DNA of 63,963 bases, the filler included, from Basidioascus undulatus (taxonomy: Eukaryota), in NCBI GenBank assembly GCA_000826855.1. It is 5 parts of 5 records of this genome, joined end to end, with 100 filler letters (N's around TTAATTAATTAA, not from the genome) between each part and the next. Parts side by side here need not be neighbours in the genome. Positions count along the whole stretch, not along the records: positions 8,957 to 17,811 come from JTLS01001328.1; positions 17,912 to 26,762 come from JTLS01001329.1; 3 more parts are not named here. The stretch is one strand, 5' to 3'. Below, one piece after another: positions 10,049 to 21,590 of the stretch. A program made the position numbers and the translations under genes. How positions within the stretch are numbered: the stretch's first letter is position 1; the number at the start of each line of letters is the position of its first letter. The notes beneath the pieces are model-generated. The model searched no databases. It was not told the DNA's origin and worked only from the letters and a program-made list of their open reading frames with translations.

Positions 10049-12544
10049 TCAAAAGAACTTCCGACTCTTGCCCCTCCTGCGCTCCAGTCGTCGGAAGGCG
10101 AGCAGCGCAGCGATGATCACCGCCTGGCAGGTAAGAAGCCAGAACGCCGAAGGCGCGAACCACGAAGACTCGTTCTGCGCCTGTACTGCCGCGGTCAGCT
10201 CGGTGAGAATGTCGGATGAACGGGCCTGCATGAGAGGAGCGCTTGAGTGAATGGCGGACGCGGGCAAGTATGGGTTGATTGCCCACCTTGTGCTTCGCAA
10301 GTTGTTGCTCAAGCGACTTGATCTCGAACGCGAGTGACTCGGTCGTCTTGACGAGCTGGCCGACCTCCGCCGCAGACGCCTCGATGCGCTTCTTGATGAG
10401 CAATACGGCCGACCTGTGGGTGCAGGGATCGCGATGAGCTGTGAGGCCGGTTACGCGGATGGACAAGGGTAAGCTGGACCACGCACTTGGCACGTTGTCC
10501 GGGCGTCTGCGGCAGCGCGGGGTGCTTGTCAGGCCCCGCCGCACCGCGAACGCGCGTAAGCGCCTCCGCCTTGTGTCCTGCGGCGAAGGACACGCGTTGC
10601 TCTAGCGCCTCGATGGCTTCGATCAGGCGCGTCTGCGAGTGGAATACGATCTCGGCGAGAACGGCGTGCGAGCCAGAGTGGTCGTCCTGCACAAGGATAA
10701 ACGGATCCGAGTGAGTAATCCGTTTCGCAACATTGTACGGGAAGTTGAAGGCAGACGCACATCTTCGTGGTTCTCGGCCAATCCTCCGTCCTCCGCCTCT
10801 CCCGCCGGCTCCTGGCCCTTCGGCATGTCACCCCATGGCGGCCACGTCCACGACGCCGGCGGGCTTTCGTTCTTGCAGTTCCCCTCCTCACAGATGCAGA
10901 TAACTGTCCACTTATCGTCGATTCAGAATATCCCTTCCAACGTGCTTCAAGACGCCTCCTGCCAGCACTCACCAGCCTGGACCTCCCCGTTCACAAACTC
11001 CTGCTGGAACTCGCCCTCAGAGCTGAACTTGTTGATCAGGAACGCCTGCGGCGGGGCGTTCTCCGGGCCCGTCGGACAGCGGTACGTCGGCCAGCCCGAA
11101 TGGCGCGCGGTCGAGACGTTGTCAACGACGGTAAAGTTCTTGGCGCCAGCGACGACGAGGCCGTACCCCATCTTGTCGCCCTTGAGCGTGTTACGCCGGA
11201 CCGTCCCGCCGTAGACGACCGAATCGATGTCGTCGCCCCACCCGGCAGTACCGACGCTGCGGGTTGCGTGCAGAGACTCAGTGCGGAAGCGTGGCGAGCG
11301 CGGGGAGCCAGGGAACGCAGAACGCACCCGAGCGCCATCTTCAGAAAGCCAGACGCTGCGTCGATGACGTTGTCCTCGACGACCGTACCGGTGTAGTTGC
11401 CCGCGTACGGCGCGTAGTCGACGAGGTTAATGCCCCCCAGCATGACCGACGCGCGCGAGAAGACGCGGTTGCGGCGCACGAGCGTGCCGGGAGAGCCGAA
11501 AATCACGATCGCACCGTCGGTGGTGTCGTAGACGAGCTTTGCAAGACGAGAGCGAGGTCAGAGTGGCCCCTGCGTTGATTCATACCGAGGTACACTTACA
11601 TTGTCCTCGATAAGACTCCGCTCGCAGGCGAGACTGATCCCATCTGCGCGAGGGTTGCCGTGGACAGGATGCTCAGGCTCGTCCCCGTCGTACTCGTCGT
11701 CCCACTCTTCTCCAGCAGGCCCCTACAGAGCGCCACAATCGCGTCAATATAACCCCACAAAGGGTAAACCAACCAACGCACGATATGATTTGCACGGACT
11801 GTCGCGTTAGAGCAGCTGATGCGTCCTTCTACGCCGAAGTGGTCCCCTTCGCGAATGTGCAATGATGACCAGCCACTGTGGATGTTCCGCATTGAGTCAT
11901 GTCGCGCAGGGCTGCAAGGGCAATATGCGACGCACCGAGGCTCGTACAGCCTGCACCCCTCGATCACATGTCCCTCCTGGTTCCCGAGCTCAATGAGAGC
12001 CAGGCCGTCCTCGACGCGGTGCAGCGCTGGCCTGTTCCCATTGACAATAATATTCCTGATCCTAACTCTAGCGCAATCATCACAGTCCCCTCTAGAACCC
12101 CGGCAGCCTCCAGTTCAGGAAACAGAACCGCCAAATGAACGCAAGCAGCAGACGTGACGCACCTGACCGCTACGCTCTGCTCCTGCCCTTCCACCACGAG
12201 CATCGCCCTCGCCTCATCCTCCGGATACCCGGCCGTTGATACCTCCTGGTCGGCAGCGGTCATGATGACCGGCTGTTGGAGCCGGAATATCGTCGAAGGG
12301 CAGAGCGAGACGACCTTGCCGGGGCCGCCTGGATCATGGGCGTTCACAGGTTAGCTTGGCTTCGTTCTTGGGAAGAGTGCAATAGGGACGCGCCGTGCTT
12401 GAAAAGAGCATTGATGGTTTCCGCGGCATCCTGCCCGTCGGGAGGGGACACGCAGTCCTCCGCCGGTGCGCTGGCGGTCGAGGAATTGGAGAAGGCGGCG
12501 AAGAGGGCGAGGAGAGTGAGCGGGAGCGCGCTCAGACTGCGCAT
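10049..12544 (-). CDS. Type I membrane protein: signal peptide, right-handed parallel beta-helix (pectin lyase-like) domain, coiled coil, TM helix, cytosolic RKFF tail; multi-exon
   Basis: MRSLSALPLTLLALFAAFS signal; GGPGKVVSLCP, IRNIIVNGNRP, EPRGWSSLHIREG, ADGISLAC, DTTDGAIVIFGSPGTLVRRN, GGINLVDY, GTVVEDNVI repeats; heptad region IKKRIEAS...IKSLEQQLAKHK; phase-0 intron to FWLLTCQAVIIAALLAF RRLERRRGKSRKFF-stop. Confidence 0.85.
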
Positions 12545-13190
12545 CGCGGACTGTTTTCAACGAAGATGCTGAGCAGGCCGCAAGCGCCTTGACTCGAGCC
12601 AAGGGGGCGTAAGGGGCCTAGGAAAAGAGGATAAGGGCGAAGGGCGAAGGGCGAAGGAGGAAGGGAAGGGGAAGGGACAACGCAGTAGCGCGGTAGCGGC
12701 CCTGTCAAGCCCCGGGCGTTGGGCCGGCGCGTCGCAGGCGCGTCCACGATTGAAAATGACATGCCGCCAGACTCGCCAGCGATGCACAATTTTCGATCCT
12801 CACAGCAATAAATCGAATGCAGTAGAATCCAGAGAGGGAAATGGTCTTGGCTCTCGATTACCTTTATAGCGAGCTGCGAGCTGCGAGCTGTAGCATCTGC
12901 ATCATCTGTAGGGTCATTTTGCACTCAGCTACGTAAGTCGAGCAGTTTATCGCACGTCTGCTTACTTTTTGAGAGACCAGCTTTCTGAGTCCATTCTCGC
13001 TAACGAAAGAGCAAGCAATCGCATTTGGTAACAGAGAACAACCCATCCCATTTCGTGTTGCCTGCTGAGGTGTGGTGTGCCAGCTGGCCCGAACCACAAC
13101 GCTACGTTGCGCACAGCACGCCTCTGCATCCACAAGAAACTTGAACATAAAACATTTAATCTCAATCTCCATCTCCATATGCGCTCAAGG

Positions 13191-13906
13191 CTAGGCTGCC
13201 GACGCCGTCCCCCGCGCCTGCCGCACGAGGATGACGGCGACGTGCTCCCCGTTCTCGATGGGGACGCGAACTTCCTCAACGGGCTCCCATCCGAGGTGCT
13301 TGTAGATCGGTAGCCCCGCAGGAGTCGCTTCGATGTAACAGGGTAGGCCATCGGCGTCGGCGCGTGAGAGGCCCCAGTGCAGGAGAAGACCAGCTGCACC
13401 CCGGCCTTGATAGGATGGGTGGGTGGCAACGAGGTTGCAGTCTGTGTTATGCAAATTTTCGTCAGAACAGCAGCACGAAGTACGGATTTCACTCTACTCA
13501 CAGTAGTGAGGCTTGTCCTTCATGATCACCTCGCGCTTGCTCTTCATCGAAGAAAAGAAACTCTGGAAGAGCTCGACGTTGGTGCCCTCCGGGTAGCCCG
13601 TCTTCCTCGCTTCCTCCTTCTTCCCGTCCTCCAGGACCCCGGGTGCAGCCGGTGCAGTCCACTTGCCGAAGGCGACAATCTCGCCGGTGTCGTCGCGCAC
13701 GACCTTCAAGAAGTGATCGTGCTTGAGTCGGTTGCGCAGAACGTCTGCGTGCCGAGCAGCGGCCCAGGACTCATAGGCAGCCCAATTCGAGAACCTTGGT
13801 GCGAGAAATCGTTGTCGAAGGCTAGCACGTGTATGCGCGCGAGGACGGCTGTGTCGGAGAGCACAGCTGGCTGCAAAGAGAAAGGGATACGGTCGGGCCG
13901 GGACAT
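13191..13906 (-). CDS. GNAT-family N-acetyltransferase with one frameshift (sequence error or young pseudogene)
   Basis: LARIHVLAF, KVVRDDTGEIVAFGKW, VATHPSYQGRGAAGLLLHWG (QxxGxA), CYIEATPAGLPIYKHLGW. One base is missing at the 13806-13808 homopolymer to join FDND to FLAPRFSNWAAYESW. Confidence 0.85.
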
Positions 13907-14226
13907 TGTGAGAGCTGCTAGTATAGGGCGGTCACTGACTGCGCGATTTGAGGTTGGGATATTGGGATGTTGATGAGGAGAGAAGCTGCTTTATAAGACG
14001 CTCCAGACTGCCAAGATATGGTTCGCATGGTTCGCGTGTCGCCCCCGATCCGAGATGATGACTGGACACGGTCTGAATTTACACCAAGCGCTGTGCAGCT
14101 TTCTTCAGGGTTTGTTTCTTTGCGGAAGCCTTGAAGATGCTGGTCACCTTCGATGGTCGTGACTGACCCCTCATGGGCTGGGATTCGTCACAAACCGATA
14201 ACAAGCCCGAACATCTCTAGGGGCAG

Positions 14227-15652
14227 TCAGTGACAGTCCGCCGCGAGCACCCCGGCGACCAACATCAACCTCCTTTGGCGGAAGTTGGTTAACCTGTGGG
14301 GAAGAGAAGACTTCAGAGACAATGTCGACGACTAGTTAGCAACTGTGGCGATATTCCGTATAGGCGCACTTTGGGTAGTAATTTGGCACGGCGTCCGGCG
14401 CCAGTTCTGACCACTCCTGCTTGATCTTTCCAGAGAGCTGAGCGAACATGACCTGGACGGATGGCTCGTTAGTGCATAGACCGAAACCAATGAACGGGGA
14501 AAGACCTCACTTTGTAGCCCCCTTTGTTCAAATTGAATCCGTCGACCTGAAGCTTGCCCGACCCTCCGGGAATTGCTGTTAAAGCGGAATACAGGTCCAG
14601 GACCGGGACCCTCATCTCTTTGCCGACCGCTATCGCTGCCGTAGCGTAGCCGCCCGACACCCAGTTGTTCCAGCGGCTCTCGGGGTCAGCAGGGATGGGC
14701 GTGATGAAGAGGACGCGTTGGTTGGAGGGGAGGCTTCCGAGCATGTGCCGGAGGTCGTGGACATACGTCGAGTTGTCTACCTGTGTAAGTCAGCATGCAT
14801 GCCTGGTCAGCTACAGCACCTGCCTTCAGGGCTGTCGGGTGAGGGCGGTCTTTTGTTTGGCTTACGTCCTGGAAATGGTCGGAGGAGTCATTCTCGCCTG
14901 TAGAAAATCTGTGAGTAGGACATCCTATAACAGACGAGTAAGGGGGCCAGGGCTACCGAACCATATTGTGACCAGCTCGATCTTGAACGCTTTGCTCAAA
15001 GGCGGATAGATCTGCACAAGGACGCACTACCCTAAACTCCCTGGGATCTTCAACATTGGACAGCTCTGAGCGTACCTGGTCCAGCACAGTCGACGCCCAC
15101 TTGCTATTGTACCCTGTCATCCCACCGTTCTGTTCGTCAAGAAATCCCCTGTACGCAAACCCAACGATCGAACGATTACCTACCCCAGAACCCTCGATTA
15201 ATAACGTCGAGATTTGTATGGTACCACACTACACAAGACGGCTCCGGAACTAGATCTGACTGAAGGGTAGGAGCTGGACTCACAACTCATCGTCGCGCAG
15301 ATGCCACCCTCCTGTCACCCCGTCACGCACACCAGTCGCCGCTGCATCAGGGCGCCCCCTTTTCCTCTCGAAGCAAGTACTTACGAATCACCCAGTCAAC
15401 CACCCCCGGGCTACCGCTGTTGTTGCGATTCGGTGCTTCCACTGGCGCGTTAACCGATAGACACTCGGCTACCGCCTCAGCGACGTCTGCATCGCTTGCG
15501 GCATCGATGCGGGCAGTACCGAGGGCGCTGCCGGTGTGCCGCAGAGCGTGGGCGAGCGGCTCGTCGTAAAGGGTGTAGGTAATGGAGAAAAGGGCGCAGA
15601 GGGAGATAACGACAGCCAGTGTGAAAGGCAGGAAGGGGCGGTCGGAGCTCAT
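14227..15652 (-). CDS. SGNH/GDSL (Iah1-like) esterase-fold protein with N-terminal membrane anchor, catalytic residues altered; possibly a pseudogene; 3' end approximate
   Basis: Hydrophobic FTLAVVISLCALFSITYTLY; block II LDVINRGFWGYNSKWA; block III LVTIWFGENDS; VLFITPIP; VPVLDLY; block V reads DGFNLNKGGYK; block I reads GDW and does not splice cleanly in frame. Confidence 0.72.
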
Positions 15653-16704
15653 GGCGGCTGCGGCTGTCGATCAAGTGTAGCCGCTCTTTCGGAGGACTGG
15701 GATGGGAAGACGATGGGAGGTGGTGAAGAAGAAGGACGTGTATCTTCCATGGGGATTTTGGACGCGTCTCTAGCAACATGGCATGTTGCGTTCTCCACCA
15801 CGGGTGCAAAACGGGTGCGAAAGTCGATATCTCGTCCGATCAAACAGCCTGGCGAGGCCTGCAACGCCGTACGCCACATCACGGGGGTGATCGCCTCTCA
15901 CCAGAAGCGAGTGCCTAAGTTCCCAGCAAATAATTTCGCAAGAATGTCGGTGAAATGTGCCGCGTCGACTCGAGTATGTGGTAGGATGAGGGGAACGCAA
16001 CCACCACCGCGCGCGCTTATGCCGCGACCCTGCTCGACTTTCAGCTCACTTTGCTCGAGAAGTGAAGGCAGATAAGTAAGCGATCCTTGCGGGGATATGG
16101 GTTGTTGAATGTGGGGACCAGCAGAGGAACGCTACCTGCTTCGCCTTGCCTCGCCTTGGTGTGCCTCTGGTAATAACTATCACGAAGTGCAGGGACGATC
16201 TGATCAGGACGGACAGGTGGAACACGGTGTGAGGAAGCGGAGGGCGGGATGCGTGGGAGCTGGGAGTTGGGAGCTCTGAAATGTCGAGGAAGACAAATGC
16301 AGGGATTGATGCGCGCTCAGCGCGCACTCGAGAGGGAAAGACGTCCTCCGCTGGCGGATCGCAACCCCCAGGCGGAATGGGAGTCGAAACCTCCTTCCAG
16401 ACCGTCCCCCGCGATGCACGCAATCCGAGACGACCCGCTGGTCTGCTGCGGTGCGATCAGTCGGACCACGATGGATCGAGCCGCTGCCAGCCAGGCGACC
16501 GGGCCGTCCTAACGAACGGGTGTAAAACGTGAGCCTGAGTGAGCAGTTGAGAGATCGATCGGAGGTGCTCAGCCCTGGTGTCGAGCGACCGGTTAGTCCG
16601 TCCCGGCTGGCTCGCGCACGCAGTCGTACCCACGAGGGCACAAGGGACGATGCACCAAGAATAATTCACCCTTCCCAACCCCGCTGCTCGGTGTCGATGC
16701 CCTG

Positions 16705-17772
16705 TCACTCCACGCGCGTAACCACCTTCGCGTACAGCGGGATGAGCGCCTCGCCCCACCCTCCCGACACGTCCGTCCTGCACACCTGCCGCTCCGTCCC
16801 CGCACCGCGCCCCGCACCCACATCAGTACCATTCCCCGCCCCACCCTGCTCCCCTGAAGTGAAACGTACCGGGCAAGACCCCTCGAACCACTGCCCATTG
16901 TCCGCCTCGCCCGCGCCCGAACTCAACACCCCACCCGATCCGCCGCCTCCCCGCCCGCGTCCACCCCGACCTCCGCCGCCCCGCGCGCCGCGACCGCGTA
17001 GGGAACCGCGCCCGCGTCCGCGCCCGCGGATGAGGCCCATCAGGGTGTAGTCGCTGGGGGGGAGAGGGGATGAGTTTGGGGAGGCGGAGCAGGGAGGGGG
17101 TGTGGGAGAGATGGGAGTGAGAGGGGGAGAGGGGGAGAGGGACGCACCGCTGTTGGTTAGATCGCGTCACTTCTTGCGCGGAGAACGCTTCATATAGGCA
17201 CTCGCCGCAGGCGAGGTGGCCCTGCCGAACAGCATGTGAGGTCAGCGAGATGGCGAGTGGGACGTGGTGTGAGGGGATGAAGAGCGGAGGATATGAACGC
17301 ACGCAAGAAGTGATTGTCGCATTCGTGATAGAGCAAAAGCAGATCGGGCACTGGAACGCGCCGAGGCGCTGCGTGCCCTCTCCTCCTCCACCACCACCTC
17401 CTGCTTCTCCGTCCCCCGCCTGGGGGTGTGGGTCCGCCCTCCCCTTCCCCTTACTCCTCTTTCTCAGCGGCTCCTCCTCACTCTCCTCCCCATCCTCTTC
17501 CTCCTTCACCTCCCACCCTCTGCGACGCGGAGCAGGCGATCCCGCGCGCGAATTAGACGCGCTAGTGGACAGCGACGTCGACCGCCCTGAGCGGGAGCGG
17601 CTCCCGCCGCGGCTGCGGCTGCGCGGGCGGGGGTCGCGCGTTGTGTGGGGCTTTGGGATCGGAGGGGAGGAGGCGAGGTCGGGCGCGGAGGTGGAGGTGG
17701 TGGTGGTGAGGTCGATGATGGATTGGCGTCGGTTGGAGGAACGACGAGCAGCGGTGCGGGGCGTAGGAGAGC
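16705..17772 (-). CDS. C3HC4 RING finger protein with SUMO-interaction motif (Slx8/Rfp/RNF4-like); 5' part lost in gap
   Basis: SIIDLT (SIM-like), acidic/basic linker, CPIC..ATITSC/GHLACGECL, RGG-rich insert, GSCP/VCR..LIPLYAK near the C-terminus. Confidence 0.78.
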
Positions 17773-17811
17773 TTCATTTTTAGGTGTGGAAAGAGTGTGG
17801 GGTAGAAGGAG

Positions 17812-17911
17812 NNNNNNNNNNNNNNNNNNNNNNNNNNNNNNNNNNNNNNNNNNNNTTAATTAATTAANNNNNNNNNNNNNNNNNNNNNNNNNNNNNNNNN
17901 NNNNNNNNNNN
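17812..17911. other. Assembly gap with artificial six-frame-stop linker
   Basis: 44 N + TTAATTAATTAA + 44 N. Confidence 0.98.
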
Positions 17912-18531
17912 CCGCCCGCCTCCCCAGCTCTGGAAGCCTCCAGTCCCTCTCCTCCGCCGCGTCCCTCTCCCTCTCCCTCGGCCCGCTCCCCCAAATCCGC
18001 ACCGACTCGCTCGACGCCCTCGCCCCCCTCCCCACGCGGGATCGCAAGCCGTCTTCCTCGCACGCATACGTGCACGCCGCGCGCTCGACCTCCTCGCGCT
18101 CGCGTTCCTCGACGCGCTCCACCTCGCGCCCCACCACCCCCATCCTCACTCCCACGTCCCCGCAGCCGTCCATCTCGACCGCGCCCGCGTCGCCCTCGAA
18201 GCCCGTCGACCTCGGCACGGCCCTCCTCGCCGCGTCACACGCCGAGTCCCTCAAGGGCGGGACGGCCGACCTGCTCGCGATCCTCGACCGCGGCGCGCGG
18301 CCGTGGGGGTTCGACTACACGCAGGTCGAGCGTGACGTGCGCGTGTGGTGGGGCGATCGCGATGAGCGGATTGCGCGCGAAGGCGTGCGGTGGATGGAGA
18401 GGTGCATGCGAAGGTGTTCCTTGAAGGTCTTGCCGGGGAAGGGACACGGGCTCATGACGGAGCCGAGCGTGCTGGTGGAGGCGCTGGAGGAGATGGCGGA
18501 GGAGTGGAAGAAGGCGGGGAAGAGGTGGTGA
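17912..18531 (+). CDS. Alpha/beta-hydrolase fold protein, C-terminal part
   Basis: HAESLKGGTADLLAIL, PWGFDY, VRVWWGDRDERI (acid residue), VLPGKGHGLM (catalytic His); frame open back to the gap. Confidence 0.8.
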
Positions 18532-19599
18532 GTTCCGGAAGGCGCTGAGCGTTGGCGAGCGCACGGAGCTGACTCTTGGTGGCTTTCCGCAGACGTCGCT
18601 GCCACGTATCCCATCACACCCCCATATCCCACCGACCTTCCCCGCTCCTCCTCATCCTCAGCCGCTCTATCCTCTTCTTGCATCACGCACACCGCATACG
18701 GATCCTCTCTAGACGTACGTACTCCCACCTCTTTTCTCCGGACCCCTCAAGCTAACGCCTTAGCAAACTCACAGTATTCTACCGCTCTCCCTTCGCTTTC
18801 GTATTCTCCTGGCTGCCTCGTACCAGCGTATCCGCCATTCGCTCATTGCATTGTTCACTGTCCCAACAACGTACCACCATACCCCTCATTTAACGCACAC
18901 TCACACCTTGTACTACTTACCTACGTAACTAAATAGTCCTTAGTACTTAAATCCGAGCCCGCCGAATTCATTGTGAAGCTATTGGTCGCTAAATGCTTGT
19001 GCATGTGGGAAGGATGAGTTGCAGTCAGGACAACGCAGAGCAGGGGACTTCAGGACCAGTGGCAGAACAGCGGACAGCGAAAGTTGCACCTTGGCAGTAC
19101 GGCCGGGCGGCGATGCATGTGCAGCGGTGTTGAGGACAGAGCAGGGGGCTCCGAGTCTGGCAACGCCTGGTAATGTGTCTAGCTGTAACCTCGAAATTCT
19201 CTCACAGTTCCGACATCGTTGCCAACAAGTTTCATGGAAGACCCCAAACAAAAGGAGCTGCGTAGCTGAGAGGAGTAGAGGTACTACAGGCACCTGCGTC
19301 GTCGAAAACTGTTCCAACACCGCACATTGCGTCGAAGCGTCAGGATGGAATCCCCTTTTATCTGAGACCAAACGAGGAGTTTGTACTATGAAACATCCCA
19401 CGAGGCTTCTTCGACCGTCTCTATGCATTTACATTGTAGGCTCGACCTTGTCGTCTTGTCGAACGAGCTCTTGCATCAGGCAAACGGTAACTATTACATA
19501 CATGTACATTAGATTTTGAAAGATAAAAATATTACTAGGTGTTCTCGATGACATGCTGCACGAAGGAGAACCATACAAAGTGTTGCTTGCAGTCCAATC

Positions 19600-21590
19600 A
19601 CCCCGCCGCCGGCGTGTACAGTCCGACCTCTACTCGGCGACGGCGGCCCTAATAACCTCCTCTGGTCTCTGATCGGAAGTACGGATTTCTTCTTGATTAG
19701 TTGTGTAACACCAACTTCGGTCGGCTGTGTGCCCAACTGTACCGTACCCTGAACACTGTGTTCCCCGCTGGCGTCCGGCTGTACCTGAAACTCCAGGTCA
19801 CTGTACGACCCAATGGAGGAAGAAAGGTATGCTCACATCTTAATCTTGAAGGTTTCTGTGCTCGTGTAGTAGAGTATGCCTATCACGGTGCCGAGTCTCT
19901 TCAGAGCACAGGCCTGGTCCACTACAAAGTCGTAGTGGTCGGGGACAGTCGGTTTGCTCGACATTTCAGTCAATAATATCTTACAACTGATCAGTAGGGT
20001 AGTCGCCGAGTGGGTGAGTATTAGCGTACTTGTTCTCATTCGTCCAACAGCAAAAGGGAAGCCATGTCCTCTCGCTCACAAAGGCTTTCCTTCAGCCCTC
20101 ACCCAGCACCGACTTGGTGAGTCTAGACTTGGCACATCATGGCCTGTTGCACACCTTGTTCAGAAAGGGCGGAGATGAAAGGCCATGAAAGTGTAAGTGG
20201 CTCACCTATCAATATTCTGAGAGATGTGGATTGTAATATCAGTGTGACCTTTGTTTCTTCTTCACCCTGATCTGTTCTCTGCCTTGCTTTCCGGATTGCC
20301 CAGACTCAAAAAACACAGAATATTTCTCTCCTTACTTTGAAGGGGAACTCACGCAGTCGCGTAGGGGTCCGACTGCGACATGTGGATTTTCAAACGCTGT
20401 GACGGTGGCGGGGCGGCGTCGAAGGTCAAGTCTCGTTGGAGAGGGAGAGTGGTGGAGTTCAAGTCCGAGCTCTTACAGTCGAGGCACATCGTGCGGGTCC
20501 TGCCCACACTCCAGCAGAACGATGCAGCGAGGCTGTGTCATCGTTGCAGCGAAGAACGACGGCACGTCGCTGGTGAGTTGCCGCATGGAGGCTCGCGTTC
20601 CCCTGGTTTACGGATGACGGGACATGGTTGAGAATCTTTTGAACTTCTGTTTTACCCTCTAGGAATTCTTGTAGGTGCAAAGTGCTATCAGGGTACGGGA
20701 TCTGTTCTGCTTCACTAGCCCTTGCTGCGCTCGAACAAACGGACCGGCACGACTTGATCCGAACGATAAGTCTAAGCTTTCCTCAAAAGCTTCCGTGCTC
20801 CATATAATGAAAAGAGAGTCAATTTCGGCGTCGAGTTTCGAGAGCATGCGCTGAAATGCCTGGATGCAGTTGGTTGTTGCCTAAGGCTGCCAATAGCAAT
20901 GGTATGTGAAGTCGGTGGCGGTTGACCAAGACGGTCTGTGACAATCTATGACGGATTAACCCGGATATGGATGGATGTGCAACGGGCATGGAACTGGGGC
21001 AGTACGAGAAAGTTCCCGAGAAGTCTCCGAGGGACTTGTGCAACTGGTCAGCTTGATTCCCAGTTCCAACCCTCTGTGGTGTGGTTGAAGGTTGTCACTC
21101 ACTATCTCTCTCCCTTGCAGATACAAGTACTACTTTGCCCATGGCAAGGCCCAAATTGTGCACGAAGTTCGCCAAGAGTCTGGGTGAGTGTCTTGCCTCT
21201 CTCAGGCATAGCGTCGTAGTAGTACCCAATTTGAGTGCATGCTGAACTGGGTGCCAACTGTTCAGGTACACGGGTCTTGCGAGCCCAGCGGCGGTACCAA
21301 CCCGGAGTGTCAATTCTAGATCAATGGGATTCGATGGTGCATAGCATGGGGTGCCACCAGGATGTTCTTCGGTGTTTCCTTGAAATGGAAGTGGTTGCCC
21401 TGAGGTTCGGAATCCATTTCCCGTGACATGTTGGGCCAGCGATTATTAAAGTTCGTCTGGAGAGTAGCTTCGATGTCCATATGCACGGGGGGTGTATCTT
21501 GCCTAATTCCGCAACTGGCCACACACACGTCTCAGTCCACACGCTGGGCGACATGTTGACTGGTGGACTCCTCGTTCATCGCCATCTTTC
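19600..21590 (-). pseudogene. Decayed unidentified gene or transposon remnant; boundaries approximate
   Basis: Lower-GC stretch with short protein-like pieces in shifting frames (YYYDAMPERGKTLTQTLGELRAQFGP, LHLQEFLEGKTEVQKILNHVP, DHYDFVVDQACALKRLG) and donor-like GTGAGT sites; no family recognised. Confidence 0.25.

Noticed and set aside
16050..16660. GC-rich intergenic stretch considered as a structured RNA (snRNA, RNase P/MRP, telomerase RNA, TPP riboswitch)
   Set aside because: None of the conserved motifs could be found by eye; an Rfam covariance search would settle it.
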